Origin: Corallochytrium limacisporum Hawaii
Lineage: Eukaryota; Protista; Pluriformea
NCBI GenBank assembly: GCA_002811645.1
Contig: PDIP01000005.1
Location: 405,766 to 449,127 of the forward strand
Length of the DNA stretch: 43,362 nucleotides
Direction: 5' to 3'
How positions within the stretch are numbered: position 1 is the first letter of the stretch; every line of letters starts with the position of its first letter. Both the position numbers and the translations under genes were made by a program. The notes below the pieces were generated by a model. That model was given only the letters and a program-made list of their open reading frames with translations. It was not told where the DNA came from and made no database searches. This document shows positions 1 to 10,666 of this stretch, in pieces.

Positions 1-1379
1 TGTACGACTACGATGTGTTCAATGTCAAGCCAAAGTCAAAATAGTCCTTTTTTGAGAGTAGCAGGGACTCTTCGTTTGAATCAGCTATTGAAATATTTTT
101 TTATGATTGTTAAAAAGAGCAAAATATAATGAAATAGAATGGAATCAATATAAGTTATTATACAATCAAGATTAAAAAAGATCCTCGGGAGTCAAGTTTT
201 TCGGAGTTTTGACCCTAACATACCAGACAGAGGGTGGTACTGAAAACCCTCGGCCATTTAGTCGGCAATTCTTTAGGGAGGAAGGCAGCGGAGCGCGGGG
301 TTCAGGGACCACCGCGCGGCAGTGTTTTTCATAGTGGAGGAACGGGGGTCCTGTTTTGGTGGTGCGATCCAACCGGGGAAAGGGAAGGAAGGGAAGGGAA
401 GGGAAGGGGGGGGCGTGGGAGATTGGGCATAAGGAATGAACTGACTGTTTCACTATGGGCCGGTGCGGGAGAAACGAGGGGAAGGGGTGTGTGTGTGTGT
501 GTATAGACGAGGAAGAAGGATGTGTTATGGTTTTTCTTCTTTTTTGTTTTTTTGCTTTTTGTCTTGTTGATCCACATAAAGGGGAGGGGGGTTGGGGGGT
601 TGGACAAAATGTTTCAACCGACCCTTCACAGTTGTGTGTGGCAAGGGCGACCAGCGCCCGCAACAGCAAGACAACAACACGTACCGAGTCGTATAGCTAA
701 TGTACTCGCTTTGGGATGGGGTGGAGGACACCTGGCCGTCCCAGTGTCCCCCGCTCTTGTCCTTCCCTTTGCGGCCAATTTTATTGGTTCGGTGGCACGG
801 GCAGAGTGACCGAGAGAGAGTTTTTTACTGGTGCTCAAGACACGCACACGCACACGCACACGCGCAGCAAACGAGGGGGCCGCATATCAATAGGCGTGAA
901 AAAGAGGGTTAGGGGCTATTAGTCAGTCAGCCCGAAGGCGTGAAGTGCGTGCACTGCCGTTTTGGTGTGTGTTGTGTATGTAGATGGAAGTGTAGGTCTA
1001 TATATCACATGATTTGCCGCAAACTTTGTCCTACTCCAAGTTCAAAAACACCCAAGGAAACCCATCGAAGCCACACCACACAGTTGCTTCCAACACACCT
1101 CCAAGCAAAGCCGTCAGTGTCCCCCCCCCCTGGGGTTCTCACTCGTGGTACATTCACTATGGGCCCCCGGGGGACCGACACAACACACTGGCGGTGGAAA
1201 ACCTATTCGGCCCTGGGGTGGGTTCTCCATGCTTTACGCAGCACTCGCCGCACTGTGATCGGGATCGATAGGTTTGATTCATTATTCACAGGAATATGAT
1301 CCGGAAAGCCGGTACATTCACTATGGAGCCAGTGGCGGAGAGGCGAGTCTGTACCCAGGCGGGGGGGAGGCAGGGGGGT

Positions 1380-1631
1380 NNNNNNNNNNNNNNNNNNNNN
1401 NNNNNNNNNNNNNNNNNNNNNNNNNNNNNNNNNNNNNNNNNNNNNNNNNNNNNNNNNNNNNNNNNNNNNNNNNNNNNNNNNNNNNNNNNNNNNNNNNNNN
1501 NNNNNNNNNNNNNNNNNNNNNNNNNNNNNNNNNNNNNNNNNNNNNNNNNNNNNNNNNNNNNNNNNNNNNNNNNNNNNNNNNNNNNNNNNNNNNNNNNNNN
1601 NNNNNNNNNNNNNNNNNNNNNNNNNNNNNNN
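1380..1631. other. Assembly gap
   Basis: Run of N. Confidence 1.
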
Positions 1632-2670
1632 NTGGGGGGGGGGTTGAACGAGCGATAAGCCGGAGGCAAAATACTGCGGCACACTGGCTACGTGGACAGT
1701 GAGGACTGTTCTGCTCTCCACATGGAGGTCAGCAAGTCAAACGACCGGGTGCCTACCGCACAGCACGTCGCCACCAACATCTGGACAAAGGAAAGACAAG
1801 TGTGTGATCAATGTGCTCTGGTTTCGGACGCGCTCCGGACCGGGGAACGGAAACTCTTGGGCTTTTACCGCCCGATTGTCTACCCATCCATGGGCCATCA
1901 TCATAATCATCATCTTGGTCTTCAGTCATTCTCTGTTTTTGTGCTTTCATTCGATTAGTATGGGAGAGGATGCGAAGACCGCCACAGATTGCCATCGTTT
2001 CGAAGCCATCAGGGAAGAATGCGGAGATGTTTGGAAACCGATCCTCGGAATCCTGGAACCCTTGACGTCACCCAATGTGTGGTGTGACGATACTCAAAGA
2101 GAAAATGATTTCGAGACGAGCACGACGCAGGCCCAAGCGATTTTGCTGTGCGCAGTGTGCCGCTGGCATTTGCCAACATCGTTATACTTGCGGGGGTGCA
2201 CACATTCCACGGCCCCGGCCCGGTAGCATCGCTGTGCCCCCAAGACAAATCAAAGTGGAATCTTCCATTCGGTGTCAAGAGAGAAAGATGATAGATGGCG
2301 GTGCACTCTCTGGGCATGGTACCGGCATCCAAGGGCAACCACGAATCACAAAGACCAACATCGGACATGCCTGACCAATATTCTCCAGAAGTCAACGACA
2401 CGCCCCTACAGAATAATGATTTCAGGAGGAACGGTACGGAAGGAAAGGGGGGGGGGCCGACCGGAGAAGAGGGTTGGTGGGATATTCCTCCGGGATCCCT
2501 GGGGGGAAACCCCGTCGAAAAAAGTACCACCAGCAAAACGAGAACTACTGCGCAGAGTAATAAAAAGAAATACTGAAAAATATTAATGATGTTACGGTGT
2601 GATTGGACCCCAGTTGTCATGGACCATGATCAGAAACCTCGAATGTGCCAAATCAATCCTCTCCTCGCGA

Positions 2671-5600
2671 TTACGACGGCAAATGTGGCGAGTTCAACTT
2701 GTCCACATCCGGGCTCGGGGTGCGGCCCATCTTGGCGGCACCATTGAAGAAGCTACCATTGGCATTGGGCGTGCCTTCGAAGAACGAATCCTCCAGTTCG
2801 GACATCTCCCCGGAAGCGGCCGTGTTGCTGCGGCGTGTCCGCGGGCCAGAGATGGATGAATTCCGGCTCAACGACTCCTTGGGAAACACGGATAGTGAAT
2901 TGCGTTGGCTGTCCGTGCCGCTGCCTGTATCGCGCGGTGACGGCAAGAGCGTTTCGTTGTTCTGGGGATCCAGGAGTACCAGCGAATTCCGGCCAGATCT
3001 GTTCGGCGCCACGCGGAACTCCATACTTCGTCTCCAGGATATCCGCCGCAGGTTTTTGACGTCAAGGCCAGACTCATTGTGCACGGTGGAACTGACACTC
3101 TGCAGCAGAGACGGACCCGGACTCGTGGTCGCGGTAGTTCCAACGACAGTGGCCCGTGGACTGTTCGCTGGGGAATTGGCTGCGTGGACCAGTTGTTGTA
3201 ATGCTGCTGCGGCCGCCGCCATCGGGGGCTGCGTCGACGACGCCGGGATCGACCGGCGCCGGCCAGGACCGTGCACACCGCCCGGCGTCGTCGGTGCGTG
3301 GACGTCAGCCATGGTCGCCGGTGACCCTGGTTGCGCGCGTTTACTGGACGGCATGCCGTCTGCACCGGGCGGCTGCATCGCACTGATGAAGTCCGGATAG
3401 CCACTGCCCGCTGCCGCTGCCAGGAAGCTGCCGGCATCCACAAACGGCTGTTTGCCCCGTAGGGTCTCTTCGCGGACCTGTACAACGATGCGCGCAACCG
3501 CCGAGTGGCGATCCATGAGCTCTTCCATCCGCCGGCGGTGGGCGTTGAACATGGACCGGTCACGGGCACCGGAGCCGTCCGAGAGGTGGTTCCAACGGGT
3601 CTGCAAATGTGGCAGAATGGTATCAATCTTGGACTGCTCCTTGATGAGCAGGTCACCCAGCTCCTTGACCTGCGTAGCCAGGGAAGAGACATCGCTCGGG
3701 TCGAGGCGGACGCGTCGGGCTGTGGAGTCAACGTACATTTCCCGCAGGAGCTTGATGGTACTGTCCAGGCGGGCATCAAGGCTTTGGAAGACACGGTGGA
3801 ACACCGGTGCAAATGCAGTGAACGTGATCGAGCGGGTGGCACGGTCCATGGACTCGGAGCTGCCACGCCGGTCGACGGCAGAACTGCTGCCTTCACTGGT
3901 CTCTGCGCTTTCGGCCCCGTGGGCCGACTTGCCGTCCCGCGTGGCCGTGGATTCTTCCTTTTTCTTGCTCTCTGATGACAGATTCAGGCCAGCGACATCG
4001 TCTCGCAGGAGCTTCAACACCTCGTCAAGGTTGGGCAACTCCTCGGGATGGGCTTGCAGCATGCTGCCGGGAGCATTGCTGAATGCACCAGTCGACTGTA
4101 CCGAAGCCTGCGTGGCCAACGTGGTGAGCAATGACGGTCTGTACACACCAAAGATCTTGGCATACTGGCCCAGGGTATCCATCTTCAGTGAGGTCGAGGC
4201 CATTGGGAACGCTTCGAACGGAATGGACCCGGCCAACTGCACACGTTCCCGGACCAATTCAGACAGATCCAGGAGCCGGTACGTGTCACTCGTGCTCATG
4301 AAACGCAGGGCCAGGACGACGGCAGTCCTCAATCGCGGCAAAATACTGAGGAGCTGTTCCTCCTGATTCTGCAGCACGGCCTCGCGATCACCGAATTCGT
4401 GGGCGACCATGTCGTGAAGGGCCTGTTTGCGAGCCTTGAGGTCGGATAGAAGGCGTTCATACACGCTGTCAATTTCCTGCTCTGCCTCCTCGGCAGAGTC
4501 TTTCAATTCCCGCTTGGCCTTGGAGAGCAGCATGAGCAATTCCTCAGCCGCACCAGCACGGTGTGAGGCATTGTCAATGTCGTGGTTGATCTGTTCGGTG
4601 ACGTGACTAACCGCTGTGTCCAGATCCATGCAGCGCATGGTATGCTGGCGGTGCTCTCCATCCAAGAAACACGTCACGCACATCATCACGCCGTGTTCAC
4701 TGCAGTAAATCTCATACGGCTTCCCGTGCATTTGACAGAAACTCACAGTCTCGCCCATTCCCCCCTCCACGCCGCGAAATTCCAACCCTCCCAGGACACC
4801 AGAAGTGCTCATTCCGGCGGAGGATCCAACGCTCTCCGTCAGACTAACGTTACTCTTGAGTGAGACCGACGACAGCCTCTTCTGCGGCTCCTTCTTGTCC
4901 TTTTCAAAGTGGTTGGTGTAGCCACTGCTGGTAGTGTTGTTGTAGTTATTGTTGTTGTTGTTGGTGTTGTTGTTGTTGTTATTGCTGCTGCTGGTGAGAT
5001 TTCCCTTCCGGAGTTTGTGAAGCATCATAGTTTCTCGCAAGGCTGCCGAATCGATGGAAGTCATGCTTACACTTGTCAAGATACCCATGGGCTGCACATT
5101 GTGGGTCTGGAACAGCCGTGCAGCATGGGTTGCAGTCTTACAGTCTGCACACATGCGCGCATCGCAGGTCGTGCAGTACAATACCGCGTCCCGTTCACCA
5201 CAGTTGACACATGGTACCTTTGGCAGAGTGATGGCACTGGTTGCTTCAGTGCTGGGCTTGCGGCCAGCGTCGGAGCCCCCTACCGTGTCCAACAGCACCA
5301 CAGGGCTATCCACACTGCCTTCCAGCCCGTCTAATGAGCGGTGCAGCAAGTGTTTGTTGTTGTTATTCAAACGCCCCAAAATAAGTTCCTCCAGTAGCCA
5401 ATCCTGCCTCACTAGTGTCCTATCGCCGGAGCGCGTGTTCGATCGTACACCGCACATTGGACATTCTACATCCTCGTCGTCCACCAGGCATTGCTCTAAA
5501 TGCTTCAGACACATCGTGTGCGCACAGTCCAGGAGGATGGGCTTCTCCAGTGTCTCGTGGCACATGTCACACTTCATCAGGGTGGCATCGTCCAAGGACG

Positions 5601-6795
5601 TTTCGTGGATGGACGCCCTGCGGTTGGCCAGACGCACTCCAGTGGGAATGGTTATGGCACCACCGCCGCCACCGCCGCCACTGCCGCTCTCATTGGAATG
5701 GGTAGCTTCCACCGCGTCGCGCACATCATCCTGCGAAGAGTACCCGGGGCCAGCACTGGCACCGACAAACGGACCGAGTGCCTCCGCCTCACTGCTCCGA
5801 ATCCGCTGCGGGAATGGTTCGTAGGCGGGGAGCTCGGACCCTGTGGCCGAGTTATTCTGACCAATGTAACTCACATCGCCTGCGCTCTGCACCGAAGTGT
5901 TCCGGATAATTGCATCCCCGGAGCCCACCTTTGGTCCACCGACGTAGCTGCCTCCCAAGGGCCCTCCCACGTTGTTCGCAGACGGAGGGCTGTTGTTGTC
6001 GTTCTGTTTTGATGCTGACGAGCTGGCTCGATTATTTAGGCCAATGTATGACTGACTGGCCTCAGTTTGCCCCGTTGATCCACCTACGGGACGACCCCCG
6101 GGGGTGAAGCGCGGTCTTGTGTTCTCACCGTCCGGGTCCTGCAGGTCTGCAGCGCTCTTTGAGTACGGATGCCCGCGGCGCAGGTCAAAAGGACTCACAC
6201 CGTCCTCGGCCGCTTTCTGTGTGCTCTGCTGGTGCTGCGTGTTGCCGAAAGGACTACCGTTCTGAAAAACATCCTGGCTCTTGTGGCGTTGGTGCGACTG
6301 GATGTTTGTCTTCCGCGGAGGCGGTCCGGCCGATCCGTTGGTGGGCGTCGGTGGCGGCACAGATCCAAAGGAGGGCATGCCCACATAACCTCCGACATCG
6401 GACGATGGTCCTGAGCTGTGCTGGTGTCTACTGTCGGCGAATATTCCATTCTTGCTATCAAAGCCAGCCGCGGAATTGTCGTCGTCCCCTTTCGATCTGA
6501 ACATGGCCCGGCCTGCGGACTTTGACTCGTCCGGATCGGACGCTGTTGTTTTTACGCTGCGCTCACCAACACTGACCCGACGGGCATGGAAGACCTGCTT
6601 CTCCTTATTTTCTTTTTGCGCGATACTGTCACTGCTACCTGACGTGTTTGCGGCCGACTTATGGTCACCGTTGACGGGCAGCCCTTCGTTGGACTGTTCT
6701 CGAGATATTTCCCGAATATTTTCTAATGACTGTCCCGGGGGTTGGTTGAAAAGACGCGAACGTCTCTTCCCCGAGTTCATTCTAAGGAATGGCAT
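2671..6795 (-). CDS. RNF207: RNF207-like RING / B-box / B-box-like / coiled-coil (TRIM-type) E3 ubiquitin ligase, 1374 aa
   Basis: Single ORF. RING CDMC..CAHTMCLKH..CPMC (~5453-5572); B-box CVNC..YCTTCDARMCADCKTATHAARLFQTH (~5096-5212); second B-box-like CQMHGKPY..CVTCF..CMDLDTA (~4615-4740); coiled coil ending ILPRLRTAVVLALRFMS..LLDL. A C-terminal helical block (~3470-3830) resembles the RNF207 C-terminal homologous region. Termini are long and low-complexity. The TRIM-type architecture is firm; the RNF207 orthology is by eye. Confidence 0.8.
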   Translation of the reverse strand: MPFLRMNSGKRRSRLFNQPPGQSLENIREISREQSNEGLPVNGDHKSAANTSGSSDSIAQKENKEKQVFHARRVSVGERSVKTTASDPDESKSAGRAMFRSKGDDDNSAAGFDSKNGIFADSRHQHSSGPSSDVGGYVGMPSFGSVPPPTPTNGSAGPPPRKTNIQSHQRHKSQDVFQNGSPFGNTQHQQSTQKAAEDGVSPFDLRRGHPYSKSAADLQDPDGENTRPRFTPGGRPVGGSTGQTEASQSYIGLNNRASSSASKQNDNNSPPSANNVGGPLGGSYVGGPKVGSGDAIIRNTSVQSAGDVSYIGQNNSATGSELPAYEPFPQRIRSSEAEALGPFVGASAGPGYSSQDDVRDAVEATHSNESGSGGGGGGGAITIPTGVRLANRRASIHETSLDDATLMKCDMCHETLEKPILLDCAHTMCLKHLEQCLVDDEDVECPMCGVRSNTRSGDRTLVRQDWLLEELILGRLNNNNKHLLHRSLDGLEGSVDSPVVLLDTVGGSDAGRKPSTEATSAITLPKVPCVNCGERDAVLYCTTCDARMCADCKTATHAARLFQTHNVQPMGILTSVSMTSIDSAALRETMMLHKLRKGNLTSSSNNNNNNTNNNNNNYNNTTSSGYTNHFEKDKKEPQKRLSSVSLKSNVSLTESVGSSAGMSTSGVLGGLEFRGVEGGMGETVSFCQMHGKPYEIYCSEHGVMMCVTCFLDGEHRQHTMRCMDLDTAVSHVTEQINHDIDNASHRAGAAEELLMLLSKAKRELKDSAEEAEQEIDSVYERLLSDLKARKQALHDMVAHEFGDREAVLQNQEEQLLSILPRLRTAVVLALRFMSTSDTYRLLDLSELVRERVQLAGSIPFEAFPMASTSLKMDTLGQYAKIFGVYRPSLLTTLATQASVQSTGAFSNAPGSMLQAHPEELPNLDEVLKLLRDDVAGLNLSSESKKKEESTATRDGKSAHGAESAETSEGSSSAVDRRGSSESMDRATRSITFTAFAPVFHRVFQSLDARLDSTIKLLREMYVDSTARRVRLDPSDVSSLATQVKELGDLLIKEQSKIDTILPHLQTRWNHLSDGSGARDRSMFNAHRRRMEELMDRHSAVARIVVQVREETLRGKQPFVDAGSFLAAAAGSGYPDFISAMQPPGADGMPSSKRAQPGSPATMADVHAPTTPGGVHGPGRRRSIPASSTQPPMAAAAAALQQLVHAANSPANSPRATVVGTTATTSPGPSLLQSVSSTVHNESGLDVKNLRRISWRRSMEFRVAPNRSGRNSLVLLDPQNNETLLPSPRDTGSGTDSQRNSLSVFPKESLSRNSSISGPRTRRSNTAASGEMSELEDSFFEGTPNANGSFFNGAAKMGRTPSPDVDKLNSPHLPS
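4935..4982. repeat. Imperfect (GTT)n trinucleotide tract encoding poly-Asn in the RNF207-like CDS
   Basis: gtgttgttgtagttattgttgttgttgttggtgttgttgttgttgtta; protein NNNNNNTNNNNNNYNN. Confidence 0.9.
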
Positions 6796-8119
6796 TTTAA
6801 AGATTTTACTGAGTGCCTATATGATGGTCATACTTTTGCTGCACCCCTGGCTCAAAATGTTTACTTCATAATCTACAGGGTAGGGTCTTCATCCGATGAC
6901 CATTTGCACACCTAGCTCGTTCCAATTCTCTTGAGCCGTCTCTGACCTGTAAAATGCTGTGCCTGGGCTGCACTTGCCTTCGCGAAATACCAAATCTCTA
7001 TCAATCTTGCGAGTATTTTATCTCCGAGTACGAACCCGTCTACACGGTTCGGGATTCACTTTACCTTAATTTGGAAAAATTGCTATTTCACTGCCAATAT
7101 CACTGATTTCAGTGTCCATGCTCTTATACCAAGTTTCGAATGCAACCAACGTCACGTCCACGTCAATACCACTCACGGAACCAAGGACCGATGGAATAGT
7201 CCAAACAACGACAACAAAGCCGTGGCGGACACCGTGCTCCAATCAAAGACGAGACTCCGCCGCCAATGACACAATCCCGAAGCCCGCTCGGCAAACCGTA
7301 AAAAGAAGAAAAAAAAGAGAAAACTGAAAAAGGAATAAAGGCCGCGAGTGAGGAGCGAAAGAATGGGAGGAGGGGAGCCGTAGAATGCGGTATAAAATGT
7401 ACCGTGGCAGGGCCAAGGAGGGAGGGGAGGAGGTATCGAACGGCAATGGGAGCGCGACCACCCACCCCTCCCCTCCCCAAGGACCGATGCGCCCGAGAAA
7501 TTTTGCAATGAGAGAGAAGAAAAGAATGGAAATTGAAGGAACCGCTGCGCTCCGCCAAGGTAAAAGAGAAAGTTTTCCGTAGGGCGCAACAGCTCCCGGT
7601 AGTGAAAGTGCGTGCCTTTGCAACATTTCCTTCCCGAAGACTCCCTCATTTAGTTTTTTCCACGCACGTACACGCACACCACACCGTCAAATACAACCGC
7701 ACCGCCGGGCGCGGGGTCTCTCGCTCTCGCTCTGGCCACTCCGCAGTACTTTCTCTATGGGTGCTGCGCCCCCCCCCCCTCGGGTTTGGCCCACCTGGCC
7801 TGGAGAAGAAGAAAACCGGGAAAACCACGGGGCTTTTCTCTCTGTCTCTCTCGCCCTCTCTCTCGCTCGCTCTCTCTCCCACCCGGGAATGTGCGGTCGG
7901 CGGATCGGGGGATTATTTTTTTTTCTGGGCGGCGGTTTTTGCGGCCCGAGCAATTAAGGAAAAAAAGGAGAGAGAGAGAGAGACAGAGCGAGAGGGAAGG
8001 GAGGGACTGGTACTGTACGACCTCTCTCCTTTTTTCTTTTCTTTTTCTTTTGGCTGTCTTTTTTTTTTTGCTCTGCAAATTCCGTTCGGGTCCGCGGCGT
8101 GTTTGTGTGTGAGGTACGG

Positions 8120-8504
8120 CTCTCTCTGTCTCTCTCTCGCTCTCTCGCTCTCTCTCTCTCTCTCTCTCCCTCTTTCTCTCGCTCCCTCTCTCACTCTCAC
8201 TCTCATTCTCCGGGGGCGGGGAAGGCGGCGGCAAGGGACGGGACGGGAGGGAGGGAGAACCCCGGGGAAGAGAGAAGGAGGGGTGGGGTGGGGCTTCAAG
8301 CGTGCGTGGTTTACACACTCTCTCGCTCTCAGTTGCTCTCTCCACTCTCCCAACCACCACCCGGCCCCCCCAAAAGAGCCGGGGCGAAGGTACTACACAC
8401 ACCGGAACCAAGCGCCGCGGAAGGACAAAGGACTACCCACCCAACCCGGCACTTTTACACACGAGAACGGAGGAGCGTGTGGCAAAGGCGAGAGAGACAC
8501 TCAC

Positions 8505-8538
<34 letters not shown>

Positions 8539-8590
8539 CGGCGCGTCTCTCTGAGCTTTGATGACCGTCCGTCACACACACACACACTCT

Positions 8591-8636
<46 letters not shown>

Positions 8637-8663
8637 GCTCCTCTCCTCACACACACACACTCT

Positions 8664-8719
<56 letters not shown>

Positions 8720-8841
8720 GCTCCTCTCCTCATTTCCTCTCTCTCCCTCCCGGCTCCCCAATGAACCGCCACCTAACACGCTGAATACTTGAGCATAGAG
8801 GCTGCTCGGCCCGTTACTCGCTCTCTCCCCCCCCTCCTCCC

Positions 8842-8873
<32 letters not shown>

Positions 8874-8896
8874 CGCACACACACACACACACACAC
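8120..8896. repeat. Microsatellite cluster: (CT)n, (GA)n/(GACA)n and (CA)n, with a duplicated (CA)n-(CT)n-gctgttgctcctctcctca unit
   Basis: Directly visible; the compound unit recurs at ~8573-8649 and ~8648-8732 and the cluster ends shortly before the gap at 8926. Confidence 0.95.
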
Positions 8897-8925
8897 AACT
8901 GCCATATCTCTAACTTGCCCCACCC

Positions 8926-9704
8926 NNNNNNNNNNNNNNNNNNNNNNNNNNNNNNNNNNNNNNNNNNNNNNNNNNNNNNNNNNNNNNNNNNNNNNNNNNN
9001 NNNNNNNNNNNNNNNNNNNNNNNNNNNNNNNNNNNNNNNNNNNNNNNNNNNNNNNNNNNNNNNNNNNNNNNNNNNNNNNNNNNNNNNNNNNNNNNNNNNN
9101 NNNNNNNNNNNNNNNNNNNNNNNNNNNNNNNNNNNNNNNNNNNNNNNNNNNNNNNNNNNNNNNNNNNNNNNNNNNNNNNNNNNNNNNNNNNNNNNNNNNN
9201 NNNNNNNNNNNNNNNNNNNNNNNNNNNNNNNNNNNNNNNNNNNNNNNNNNNNNNNNNNNNNNNNNNNNNNNNNNNNNNNNNNNNNNNNNNNNNNNNNNNN
9301 NNNNNNNNNNNNNNNNNNNNNNNNNNNNNNNNNNNNNNNNNNNNNNNNNNNNNNNNNNNNNNNNNNNNNNNNNNNNNNNNNNNNNNNNNNNNNNNNNNNN
9401 NNNNNNNNNNNNNNNNNNNNNNNNNNNNNNNNNNNNNNNNNNNNNNNNNNNNNNNNNNNNNNNNNNNNNNNNNNNNNNNNNNNNNNNNNNNNNNNNNNNN
9501 NNNNNNNNNNNNNNNNNNNNNNNNNNNNNNNNNNNNNNNNNNNNNNNNNNNNNNNNNNNNNNNNNNNNNNNNNNNNNNNNNNNNNNNNNNNNNNNNNNNN
9601 NNNNNNNNNNNNNNNNNNNNNNNNNNNNNNNNNNNNNNNNNNNNNNNNNNNNNNNNNNNNNNNNNNNNNNNNNNNNNNNNNNNNNNNNNNNNNNNNNNNN
9701 NNNN
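8926..9704. other. Assembly gap
   Basis: Run of N. Confidence 1.
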
Positions 9705-10105
9705 CAAAATCGTAACCCGACCCCTGCCCCCCCCTTCTCCTTCCATACCCCCCAGGCGCAGGAACAGGCGCCGTGTGTGTGTGTGTGTTTTTTTTTGCTT
9801 CGTTCTCTTTTCTATTTTCTGCCTTTTGGCTCACACACACACGCCAAATCAAATAATAAAGAAAAGGGAAAAAAACCGACGATTCATTTTCTCCCCCCTC
9901 CCTCCCCCCTTCCCTCGGCGGGGTCCCTCCGCTTTCGCCTATCATTTCGTACCGGAACGTGCTTTGATACACCGTCCCTCTCCCTTTCGCGTCCGTGGGG
10001 GGATGAGGGGGGAGGAGGAATGTGGGTGGGGGGGGACGGAGTAGGACGCAGATGATGAGTGGTGCGTGTGTGTGTGTGCATTGGAGCCTGGTTGGCGTAC
10101 GCGGG

Positions 10106-10127
10106 CGAGAGAGAGAGAGAGAGAGAG

Positions 10128-10162
<35 letters not shown>

Positions 10163-10222
10163 ATGCGTGTGTGTATGTGTATGTGTGTGTATGTGAGTGA
10201 GTGAGTGAGTGAATGAGTGAGA
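10106..10222. repeat. Compound microsatellite (GA)n(GT)n(GTGA)n
   Basis: Directly visible. Confidence 0.95.
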
Positions 10223-10554
10223 GCATGTCCATGGGAGGCCGATTGGGGACCCCAAATCGGGGCCAAATGGGACCATCACATTGCCACTGCAGTCCTGCAG
10301 ATTAGGTCGATGGATTTTTTTTTCATGTTTGTGTGAAATGATGACGAGGACGATGGCGCATGGTCAACGGATGATGGTGGCGTAGAAAGGATACGTTCCA
10401 GGCGTGGTTGACCAGTTGCCTTTGGTTGGCTCTCAAATAGTGTAGGAATTTCATTGTGTTTGTTATGGAGGAAGTTTGGTATAGGAAAGTAGGCAGTTCT
10501 TAACAAAAAACTTAGGATTTGGTTGTTATGAATAAGGTGAAGCGGGGTTCGGAC

Positions 10555-10616
10555 GATGATGATGTCCATGACCACCCCGGATGATGACGATGATGTCCAT
10601 AGTCACTCCGGATGAT
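10555..10616. repeat. 31-bp imperfect tandem duplication just downstream of the CCCH gene stop codon
   Basis: gatgatgatgtccatgaccaccccggatgat / gacgatgatgtccatagtcactccggatgat. Confidence 0.85.
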
Positions 10617-10666
10617 TATATGGACCCAAATCATGATGAAGTCTGCAAAGCGCACTTATCATGGCT

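Noticed and set aside
1699-2226. 175-aa ORF with a hydrophobic AIIIIIILVF stretch
   Set aside because: Non-ATG start, the hydrophobic run derives from an (ATC)n tract, and there is no recognisable family.
2645-6871. Antisense and alternative-frame ORFs over the RNF207-like gene (and over the other CDSs)
   Set aside because: Shadow ORFs of GC-rich coding sequence with no independent motifs.
7533-8561. 342-aa ORF and overlapping ORFs
   Set aside because: Produced by CT/GA microsatellites and homopolymers (SLSLSL, RERERE); no domain.
8773-10266. Long ORFs crossing N-gaps (also at 1203-1721, 15698-16496, 28932-30036 and 30446-30927)
   Set aside because: Open only because Ns and dinucleotide repeats lack stop codons.
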